Positions 1 through 6,386 of a stretch of 24,000 bases of DNA are shown piece by piece. A program made the position numbers and the translations under genes. The stretch comes from an uncultured Desulfobacterales bacterium (GTDB taxonomy: Bacteria; Desulfobacterota; Desulfobacteria; Desulfobacterales; Desulfatirhabdiaceae). Position 1 is the first letter of the stretch. Every line of letters starts with the position of its first letter. The stretch is taken from the NCBI GenBank assembly GCA_964614125.1, contig CAZTKB010000004.1, positions 9,378 to 33,377 of the forward strand. The letters run 5' to 3'. The notes under the pieces are model-generated. The model had not been told where the DNA came from. It saw only the letters and a list, made by a program, of their open reading frames with translations, and searched no databases.

Positions 1-669
1 CTGAAGAAATCCGGGGTCGCTTCCGCTGAGCATGCTAGCCGCGATCCAGGTGCCGGATACCGGCAGAATGAATTCCGTTTCCATCCCCTGTTGGATTTGG
101 GCCGCGGCCAGGCTGCCCTCGAACAGCATGTCGCAGGTCACCAAGGTAGCGATCAGCATGAGGACAAAAACCGCTTCCGCTGTATGATCCTTCCCGTATT
201 TTCGTGGAACAGCATACCGGTCGGGCTGGAAAACCCCTCTTCGGACCGCTGCCACCACCGCGACAACCAGCACCAGAGTCGCGGCGATGTCCTTCAGAAC
301 AGCATAGACATGACCGACCGCTCCGCTGAGGCCCGGCAGGACAAAACCATCATAAATACCCAAAATCACCAGGGTAATGGATCGCAGGGACAAAATCATG
401 AATCCCGCAAACAAAATGATATGCAATACACCTGCCATCATGTACCGGGGTTGCCGGTATTGACCGATGGCGTATTTCATCATGGCTTTCAGGCGGTCCA
501 CCGGGCGATCCAACCGCGGATCCGGTTTCGCCCGAACGATCGGTGCCAACCGTTTGGCAATGATATAGGTGAATGCGGCCACGCCCAGTATCGGGATGAG
601 AATGGAAAGGATGACACCGGGTATTCCCACAATCCAAGCCTTTGCCGGAGAGATCAAAGCGGTTTCCAT
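1..669 (-). CDS. Membrane-bound Fe-S oxidoreductase, N-terminal polytopic membrane domain only (first 223 codons; the gene continues past the left edge). This family is typically partnered with ETF and acyl-CoA dehydrogenases in anaerobes.
   Basis: Not in the ORF track because no stop codon lies in the window. My translation of the minus strand from ATG 669..667 stays open to base 1: METALISPAKAWIVGIPGVILSILIPILGVAAFTYIIAKRLAPIVRAKPDPRLDRPVDRLKAMMKYAIGQYRQPRYMMAGVLHIILFAGFMILSLRSITLVILG... It has several hydrophobic helices and a basic loop followed by a G..H...F.GF pattern, which I recognise from N-termini of HdrD/GlpC-like membrane Fe-S oxidoreductases. An in-frame stop at 693..691 makes ATG 669 the first possible start. 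A purine-rich AGGGAGAAAGAAAG lies upstream. The listed + ORF 91..810 is its antisense shadow. Confidence 0.6.
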   Translation of the reverse strand, partial: METALISPAKAWIVGIPGVILSILIPILGVAAFTYIIAKRLAPIVRAKPDPRLDRPVDRLKAMMKYAIGQYRQPRYMMAGVLHIILFAGFMILSLRSITLVILGIYDGFVLPGLSGAVGHVYAVLKDIAATLVLVVAVVAAVRRGVFQPDRYAVPRKYGKDHTAEAVFVLMLIATLVTCDMLFEGSLAAAQIQQGMETEFILPVSGTWIAASMLSGSDPGFLQ

Positions 670-814
670 TTTTTTACTTTCTTTCTCCCTTCATTTATAT
701 TATTCAGTGATCTGGCACAGGAACGACAACCTGTGAACGTTTCGCGCTGTACCCGGCATACCGCAAGGTGGCGGCGGGTGGCCCTGACCCCCGGGCAGGG
801 GATCGCTTGATTAA

Positions 815-832
815 TGAATGAGTATTCATTCA
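815..832. promoter_or_regulatory. FadR(TetR)-type operator, box 1: TGAATGAGTATTCATTCA
   Basis: An 18-bp inverted repeat with 8 of 9 arm pairs matching. It matches the perfect palindrome at 5235-5254 at 18 of 20 positions when the flanks are included. It lies in the 254-bp divergent region between the Fe-S oxidoreductase gene and the fadD-like gene. Confidence 0.7.
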
Positions 833-860
833 ATTTACTGGATCAATATCCAGCCGTCAA
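832..860 (-). promoter_or_regulatory. Sigma70-type promoter reading leftward toward the Fe-S oxidoreductase gene
   Basis: Minus-strand read: TTGACG (860..855), a 17-nt spacer, TAAATT (837..832), followed immediately by operator box 1. The layout is the same as the tetR promoter at 5252-5280. The spacer contains the palindrome CTGGAT-CAAT-ATCCAG (838-853). Confidence 0.5.
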
Positions 861-923
861 GCAAAATTTCCGGGTCCCCACCCTTCCGGCCACCGAGATA
901 TTTCCCAAACATAGGAGATCCAT

Positions 924-2618
924 ATGAAAGACATTACCATTTATCAGGAAAAGCCATGGCTTTCAAGTTATGAAAACGGAATTTCCGAAAAATTATCCTT
1001 CGATCCAGCTTGCATCCCGGAATTTCTGCATCGTTCCGCGGGCGAATTTCCGGACCGTACTGCCCTGCTGTTTCAGGGATACCGGATGACCTACCGCGAT
1101 CTGAATGAAGCGGTTAACCGTTTTGCTTCCCGCCTGTCCGAATTCGGCGTCCAGAAAGGCGACAGCGTGGCCATCCTTCTTCCCAATGTCATTCCCTGTG
1201 TGGTGGCCTATTATGCCACTCTTTCAATCGGTGCGATTGTCGTCATGAACAATCCACTCTACTCCGATCGGGAGCTTCTCCACCAGTTCAACGATTCCGG
1301 TTCCAAAGTTCTCATCACCCTGGATCTGCTGGCCAACCGGATGATCGAACTGCGTCCAAAAACCGGTATCCAGCAAATTGTGTATACTTCCATCGGGGAT
1401 TACCTGCCCTTTCCCAAAAATCTTCTGTTCCCGCTTGTCGGAAAAAAGAAAGGCCTGGCGGCGGATGTGAAATCCGCTGAGAACCTATATGTCTGGAAAA
1501 AACTGTTGGCCCAGGCTGTCGGAAAGCTCCCCACTGTATCGCTCGGGCATGAGGATATCGCGATGTACCAATATACCGGCGGAACCACCGGGGTTTCCAA
1601 AGGCGTCATGCTCACCCACGGAAATCTGAGCAAACAGGTACAGCAGATCCGGGCATGGTTTCCTTCCTTCAACAAAGGCGAGGAACTCATGCTGGGTGCG
1701 TTGCCGTTTTTTCACGTCTTCGGATTGTCCGTCGCTATGAATTTTGCCATTTACATGGGTTGGGGAGACATCCTGGTTCCCAAACCGCAGCCCGAACCCC
1801 TTTTGGAAACCATCGGCAAATTCAAACCCACCTTTGCGCCCCTGGTTCCCACCATGTACATCGGAATGCTGAACCATCCCCGGATCAACCAGACGGACCT
1901 GTCCAGCATCAAGGGCTGTTTTTCAGGAAGTGCGCCCCTTCCGGTGGAGGTGATCCGTGAATTCGAAAAGAAGACCGGAGCAATCATCGTGGAAGGATTC
2001 GGCATGACCGAATCCACTCCCGTGACCCATGTCAACCCGTTTGGCGGAAAGCGGAAAGTAGGCAGTTTCGGAGTTCCGATTCCGGAAACCGAAGCACGGA
2101 TTGTCAGCCTGGAGGACGGAAAAACCGATATGCCGGTCGGGGAATCCGGGGAGTTGATCATCCGGGGTCCCCAAGTGATGATGGGTTATCTCAATAAACC
2201 CGAGGAAACGGCGAAAACTCTGATCGACGGTTGGCTGTATACCGGAGACATCGCCCAAATGGACGCGGACGGTTATTTTTATATCGTGGATCGCAAAAAG
2301 GATATGATCATTTCCGGAGGATTGAATGTATATCCACGGGACATCGAGGAAGTGTTTTACGCGCATCCCAAGATTCAGGAAGCTACGGCCATCGGTGTTC
2401 CCCACCCGACTCGCGGAGAGTCCGTCAAGGTGTATGCCGTGCTGAAACCCGGTGAAACGGCAACCGAAGCCGAATTGCTGGAATACTGCAAACAGAATCT
2501 GGCGACCTTCAAGCTGCCGACCAGTATCGAATTTCGTACCGAGCTGCCCAAAAGCAATGTAGGAAAAATTCTGAAAAAAGACCTGAGAGAGGAAGCCCGG
2601 TCCACCAAGGGGGCATAA
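924..2618 (+). CDS. fadD: Long-chain-fatty-acid--CoA ligase (AMP-forming acyl-CoA synthetase), 564 aa
   Basis: Complete ORF. AGGAG lies 6 nt upstream of the ATG. It has the AMP-binding signature YTGGTTGVSKGVMLTHGN, and later GYLNKPEETAKTL, WLYTGDIAQMDADGYFYIVDRKKDMIISGGLNVYPRDIEE and a C-terminal PKSNVGKILKKDLR (catalytic Lys region). Confidence 0.9.
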   Translation: MKDITIYQEKPWLSSYENGISEKLSFDPACIPEFLHRSAGEFPDRTALLFQGYRMTYRDLNEAVNRFASRLSEFGVQKGDSVAILLPNVIPCVVAYYATLSIGAIVVMNNPLYSDRELLHQFNDSGSKVLITLDLLANRMIELRPKTGIQQIVYTSIGDYLPFPKNLLFPLVGKKKGLAADVKSAENLYVWKKLLAQAVGKLPTVSLGHEDIAMYQYTGGTTGVSKGVMLTHGNLSKQVQQIRAWFPSFNKGEELMLGALPFFHVFGLSVAMNFAIYMGWGDILVPKPQPEPLLETIGKFKPTFAPLVPTMYIGMLNHPRINQTDLSSIKGCFSGSAPLPVEVIREFEKKTGAIIVEGFGMTESTPVTHVNPFGGKRKVGSFGVPIPETEARIVSLEDGKTDMPVGESGELIIRGPQVMMGYLNKPEETAKTLIDGWLYTGDIAQMDADGYFYIVDRKKDMIISGGLNVYPRDIEEVFYAHPKIQEATAIGVPHPTRGESVKVYAVLKPGETATEAELLEYCKQNLATFKLPTSIEFRTELPKSNVGKILKKDLREEARSTKGA

Positions 2619-2636
2619 GCGTTTGCCAAAACACTT

Positions 2637-2666
2637 CGGCCCCGGAAACATTTGTTTCCGGGGCCG
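2637..2666. terminator. Bidirectional hairpin terminator between the convergent fadD-like and acyl-CoA dehydrogenase genes
   Basis: CGGCCCCGGAAAC-ATTT-GTTTCCGGGGCCG forms a perfect 13-bp GC-rich stem with a 4-nt loop. It sits in the 80-bp gap between the two stop codons (2618 and 2699). No strong U-tract follows on either side. Confidence 0.6.
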
Positions 2667-2698
2667 CATGTCAGCTCAGGTCCTGAAGTAGGAATATA

Positions 2699-4552
2699 TC
2701 AGGAACCAAACGAGGCTTCCGGTATATCCACCGCGGCCCCGTTGGTGGCGAGAATAGCCCTCATTTTTCCCTGGGTAACCGGCAGCACGGAATAAATGAA
2801 ATATTCGGCGCTCCGGATTTGTCCCTCGTAAAATGCCGCATTCTTGTTGGTTTCCGCCGCTTTCCGCCGGGCCTCTGCATCCATGCTTCCCGCCAATTTT
2901 TCCAGTTGGGGAGCTGAAACCAGTGCCCGCCACAGCAGCATCCAAGCCAGAATCACATCCCCGGTCACGTCCAGCAAGGGATGGGCGAACGAAAAGGCCT
3001 GAAGAACCTTGGGGGACATGGCGGTCGCGCCCATGTGCATCGCCACTTCTCCGAGCTTATTCAGCGCTTTTTCGACCTGTACCGCAAAATCCTGCAGCAC
3101 CGGAACCGATTTGGCGGCGGCAATAGTCTGCTGGATTTCACTCAGCAGATCCATGATGGGTTTCCCTTGCTTCATGCCCAGCTTCCGTCCCAACAGATCC
3201 ATGGCCTGAATACCGTTGGTTCCTTCGTAAATCATGGTAATCCGGCAGTCCCGCATCAACTGCTCCATCGGATATTCCCGGATGTATCCATATCCACCGT
3301 ATACCTGGACTCCATGGCTGCAAACCTCAAAGGCCCTGTCGGTCACATATCCCTTAGCCACCGGGGTAAGAATCTCGATCAGTCCCTCGTATTTGGCCTT
3401 TTGATTTTCGTCGGTCGCGATAGCGGCACGATCCGCGCAGATGCCCACGTAATACAACAGACTTCGCATTCCCTCCACAAAAGCTTTCATGTGAATCAAC
3501 TGACGCCGAACATCCGGATGTTGAATGATCGGTACGGACTCGGCCTTTTCATTCATCGCCTGCAGCAGGTGTTTGCCCTGTTTCCTTTCGCGGGCGTAGT
3601 TCACCGCATTGACATAGGCATTGGATGCACAAGTAAAGCCTTGAAGCCCCACCAGCAGCCTGGCCTCGTTCATCATCAGGAACATGGCCCGCATCCCTTT
3701 GTTTTCCTCACCCAACAGGGTCCCCCGGCATTTTCCCTTTCCTCCCAGGGTCAGCGAGCAGGTGGAATTCCCATGAATGCCCATTTTTTCCTCGATCCCG
3801 GTGCACACGACATCGTTGAATTCGCCTAGGCTGCCGTCGTCGTTCACCCAGATTTTGGGAACCAAAAATAGGGAAATTCCCTTGGTTCCGGCCGGAGCTC
3901 CTTCGATCCGCGCCAAGACAGGGTGGATGATGTTCTCCACCAGATCATGTTCCCCGCCGGAAATAAATATCTTGTTCCCGGTGATGGAGTAGGTGCCGTC
4001 GGGATTTCTCACCGCGGTGGTGGTCAACGCACCAACGTCGGATCCGGCCTGTGGTTCGGTCAAGAGCATCGTTCCGGCCCATTCCCCGGTGTACATTTTC
4101 TTGAGAAAAAGCTTTTTCTGTTTTTCGGTACCGAACTCTTCCACCAGTTTGCCGGCACCGTGGGTCAGGCCCGGATACATCATGAACGAGAAATTGGCGC
4201 CCACGAGAAAGTCGCTGGCTGCCATGGCCACCGTGCGGGGCATTCCCTGCCCCCCCCATTCCGGATCCTCGGTCATGGCGACCCACTCCCCTTCCCGGAT
4301 CAGATCATAAATCCGGTGAAAGCATTCCGGAGCTTTTACGGTTCCGGCATCAAAGCTGCAGCCTTGTTCATCACTGATCTTTTGGGTTGGATAAATTTCC
4401 TTCACAGCCAGATTTCTGGCTTCGTTAACCACCATATCGATGGTTTTCTTTTTGAAATCAGAGTATTTTTCGTTTTTGCTCAGCTTTTCCACATTCAACT
4501 GTTCATACAGAACGAAATCGATATCTCTTCGATCCGCAATCGTCTGTGCCAT
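2699..4552 (-). CDS. Large (617 aa) acyl-CoA dehydrogenase with an extended C-terminal domain (FadE/YusJ-like class)
   Basis: The ORF-track frame runs 2699..4645. I place the start at ATG 4552..4550 (MAQTIADRRDIDFVLYEQL...) because AAGGAG lies 8 nt upstream and the 31 extra codons would overlap the tetR 3' end. Typical ACAD blocks are present: WGGQGMP, TEPQAGSDVGALTT, GNKIFISGGEHD, GIHGNSTC, QVYGGYGYIREYPMEQLMRDCRITMIYEGTNGIQ. Confidence 0.9.
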   Translation of the reverse strand: MAQTIADRRDIDFVLYEQLNVEKLSKNEKYSDFKKKTIDMVVNEARNLAVKEIYPTQKISDEQGCSFDAGTVKAPECFHRIYDLIREGEWVAMTEDPEWGGQGMPRTVAMAASDFLVGANFSFMMYPGLTHGAGKLVEEFGTEKQKKLFLKKMYTGEWAGTMLLTEPQAGSDVGALTTTAVRNPDGTYSITGNKIFISGGEHDLVENIIHPVLARIEGAPAGTKGISLFLVPKIWVNDDGSLGEFNDVVCTGIEEKMGIHGNSTCSLTLGGKGKCRGTLLGEENKGMRAMFLMMNEARLLVGLQGFTCASNAYVNAVNYARERKQGKHLLQAMNEKAESVPIIQHPDVRRQLIHMKAFVEGMRSLLYYVGICADRAAIATDENQKAKYEGLIEILTPVAKGYVTDRAFEVCSHGVQVYGGYGYIREYPMEQLMRDCRITMIYEGTNGIQAMDLLGRKLGMKQGKPIMDLLSEIQQTIAAAKSVPVLQDFAVQVEKALNKLGEVAMHMGATAMSPKVLQAFSFAHPLLDVTGDVILAWMLLWRALVSAPQLEKLAGSMDAEARRKAAETNKNAAFYEGQIRSAEYFIYSVLPVTQGKMRAILATNGAAVDIPEASFGS

Positions 4553-4568
4553 GCCGTTTTCTCCTTCA

Positions 4569-5204
4569 TTATATGGGTTGAATTGCCTTAGGTCTTCTGC
4601 CTCCCACAGGCGGATTATTTCCGATTCCCCGAATAAACAGGTCAATCAGGGGATCCGCCATGGAAACCAGATCATATTTTCCTTCGGAATGCAGCCAGGT
4701 GTTAATCGTTTCATCCACGGCACCCAGGATAAATCGCTTGACCAGGCTTAAATACAAATCTTTTCGAATGGTCCCGTCGGCCTGGCCTTGTTCGACGATC
4801 TCCGAAACAATGTCCAGATACATCTTGGACATCTCCCGAATCTCCTTCTCGACGGCGCGAGTATTCTGGTGGGTTTCGGCCTGATACACAATGGCCATGT
4901 TCCTGTCACGCTGGAATGCTTCCAGGTGCAGTCGAATCAGGTTGCGCAGTTTGTATATGGCGTTGTCCGCCATATCGACCTGTTCTCGGAACTGGGCAAA
5001 CACCTGGGTGGCCTTATCTTTAAAAAACTGCACCAGGATATCGTCTTTGTTTTTGAAATACAGGTAAATCGTTCCGTCGGCGACACCCGCTTCACGGGCA
5101 ATCTGGGAAATCGTTGATTGATGGAATCCCTGCTCCGCAAATATTTTGACCGCCGCCTCCAGGATCCGGCCATATTTGTCGTTGTTTTTGTCTCGGGTAC
5201 TGAT
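4569..5204 (-). CDS. TetR-family transcriptional repressor, FadR (Bacillus YsiA)-like fatty-acid degradation regulator, about 211 aa
   Basis: The ORF track starts this frame at GTG 5033, but the same frame is open up to 5246. Upstream of 5033 it encodes a textbook TetR HTH: STRDKNNDKYGRILEAAVKIFAEQGFHQSTISQIAREAGVADGTIYLYFKNKDDIL. No ATG, GTG or TTG occurs in frame between 5246 and 5033. ATC at 5204..5202 lies 5 nt downstream of GGGGAGG (5216..5210). The stop is 16 nt before the acyl-CoA dehydrogenase start, so the two genes form an operon. Confidence 0.8.
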   Translation of the reverse strand: MSTRDKNNDKYGRILEAAVKIFAEQGFHQSTISQIAREAGVADGTIYLYFKNKDDILVQFFKDKATQVFAQFREQVDMADNAIYKLRNLIRLHLEAFQRDRNMAIVYQAETHQNTRAVEKEIREMSKMYLDIVSEIVEQGQADGTIRKDLYLSLVKRFILGAVDETINTWLHSEGKYDLVSMADPLIDLFIRGIGNNPPVGGRRPKAIQPI

Positions 5205-5234
5205 AGCTGCCTCCCCGGCACTGCCTGTTAAAAT

Positions 5235-5254
5235 ATGAATGAATATTCATTCAT
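5235..5254. promoter_or_regulatory. FadR(TetR)-type operator, box 2: ATGAATGAATATTCATTCAT (perfect 20-bp palindrome)
   Basis: A perfect inverted repeat read directly from the sequence, 30 bp upstream of the proposed tetR start and overlapping the -10 element of the tetR promoter. Confidence 0.8.
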
Positions 5255-5280
5255 TTACAAAAGACCCGGATCCAAGTCAA
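5252..5280 (-). promoter_or_regulatory. Sigma70-type promoter of the tetR-acyl-CoA dehydrogenase operon (autoregulated)
   Basis: Minus-strand read: TTGACT (5280..5275), a 17-nt spacer, TAAATG (5257..5252), running straight into operator box 2. Confidence 0.55.
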
Positions 5281-5423
5281 GAAAAATATTTTTTTATTCG
5301 GGATCACATTGTGGACCAACACGGACGGACTCGAGGGTAACATTGGGCCGGAAAGCGGGATGGGTCCCCTGTTCCGGCTTTCCGGCAGAAAGACTGGCAG
5401 CTCATCCCCTCCCCCCTTTTGTC

Positions 5424-5453
5424 TTGACACATCAATCGTTTATTCCATATATT
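5424..5453 (+). promoter_or_regulatory. Near-consensus sigma70 promoter for the ABM-NUDIX-transketolase operon
   Basis: TTGACA (5424-5429), an 18-nt spacer, TATATT (5448-5453); alternatively a 17-nt spacer and ATATAT. It is followed by a GC-rich leader of about 100 nt before AAGGAGGGG and ATG 5561. Confidence 0.55.
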
Positions 5454-5560
5454 AAAAGTAATTAAAGCCCGGAAAATACGCCGGGATACACAGGGAAACC
5501 GGGAACCCTTCGGCCCGCCCGGCTTCCGACATCATCGGGGACCGACAAGGAGGGGAAACC

Positions 5561-5851
5561 ATGACGGTGAAGATCATCATCAAAAGAACCGTGCCACCGG
5601 ACAAGGTGACCAGATTGGCACCCCTGATCAAACAACTGCGGGATCTGGCCGGGGAACAACCCGGTTATATCTCCGGAGAAACACTGAAAAACCTCGATGA
5701 GTCCGAAAAATACCTGGTGATCAGCACCTGGAAAGACGCAGCGGATTGGAAGAACTGGGTAGAGTCACCCATCCGAAAGGAAGTCCAGGAAAAAATCGAT
5801 CTGTTGACCGGCGTACCGACGGAATACGAAGTATATTCCTATTCAGGATGA
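5561..5851 (+). CDS. Small ABM-fold (antibiotic-biosynthesis-monooxygenase-like, ferredoxin-like dimeric alpha/beta barrel) protein, 96 aa
   Basis: Strong SD (GGAGGGG) 6 nt upstream. The size and pattern (...YLVISTWKDAADWKNWVESPIRKEV...) are typical of ABM domains. The stop overlaps the next start (ATGA at 5848-5851). Confidence 0.6.
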   Translation: MTVKIIIKRTVPPDKVTRLAPLIKQLRDLAGEQPGYISGETLKNLDESEKYLVISTWKDAADWKNWVESPIRKEVQEKIDLLTGVPTEYEVYSYSG

Positions 5852-6357
5852 AAGATATCCGCTTTTGCTCCTTTTGCGGGGGGCCGCTTTGTGTAAAACA
5901 CCTGGAAGGGCGTGACCGCTTGGTTTGTCTGGTCTGCCAGGAAATTATTTACGAAAATCCTACACCGGCTGCTTGTGTCGTGTTGCTGGACGATTATCAG
6001 CGCCTCCTTCTTGTACGCCGGAGTGTGGAACCTCGCATCGGATCCTGGTGCCTTCCCGGCGGATTCATCGAAGTCGGAGAGCATCCGGAACAGGCCGCGC
6101 TCCGGGAACTGCAGGAAGAGACCGGCCTGATCGGCGCCATCGAACGCCTGATCGGGGTTCGGACGAATCCAGCCCCGATTCAAAGGGCCGTTCTGTTGGT
6201 ATGTTATCTGGTTACCCGGTATTCCGGTATCCCCCTGCCCGGAGACGACGCCTCGGATATCGGTTTTTTCCCCATCAACGATCTTCCCGAGATCGCTTTC
6301 GAAAGCCACACCCGATTCATTCGGGATATCAACCAACCCGATTTTTCCATCGTGTAA
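5848..6357 (+). CDS. NUDIX hydrolase with an N-terminal Zn-ribbon (NudC-like core), 169 aa
   Basis: I place the start at ATG 5848 (MKDIRFCSFCGG...) rather than the ORF-track 5746, because of the ATGA coupling to the upstream gene. There is a CxxC...CxxC ribbon (CSFCGG...CLVCQ). The NUDIX box is GGFIEVGEHPEQAALRELQEETGL (GX5EX7REUXEEXGU). The NudC-specific SQPWPFP motif is not seen. Confidence 0.85.
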   Translation: MKDIRFCSFCGGPLCVKHLEGRDRLVCLVCQEIIYENPTPAACVVLLDDYQRLLLVRRSVEPRIGSWCLPGGFIEVGEHPEQAALRELQEETGLIGAIERLIGVRTNPAPIQRAVLLVCYLVTRYSGIPLPGDDASDIGFFPINDLPEIAFESHTRFIRDINQPDFSIV

Positions 6358-6374
6358 CAACCACCGTGTAACAA
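6347..6374 (+). repeat. Tandem 14-bp duplication: CCATCGTGTAACAA / CCACCGTGTAACAA
   Basis: Two adjacent 14-mers identical at 13 of 14 positions. The first copy contains the NUDIX stop codon (TAA 6355-6357). Confidence 0.8.
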
Positions 6375-6386
6375 AGGACTGCTTTC

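Noticed and set aside
91-810. A 239-aa + strand ORF covering the left end.
   Set aside because: Its sequence is low-complexity and rich in His, Arg and Gln, with no recognisable motif. It is the antisense shadow of the clearly membrane-protein-like minus-strand frame (1..669), which has a proper start context.
5235-5465. A 76-aa + strand ORF in the tetR/ABM intergenic region.
   Set aside because: It starts inside the operator palindrome with no SD and runs through the promoter of the ABM operon. It has no recognisable features and is probably non-coding.
5455-5560. Possible c-di-GMP-I (GEMM-I) riboswitch, because ACACAGGGAAACC resembles the GCACAGGGCAAACC start of that motif.
   Set aside because: The remaining conserved elements (the ACGCAAAGC junction and the tetraloop/receptor hairpins) are absent. 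The resemblance is limited to about 13 nt. I kept it only as an unclassified structured leader.
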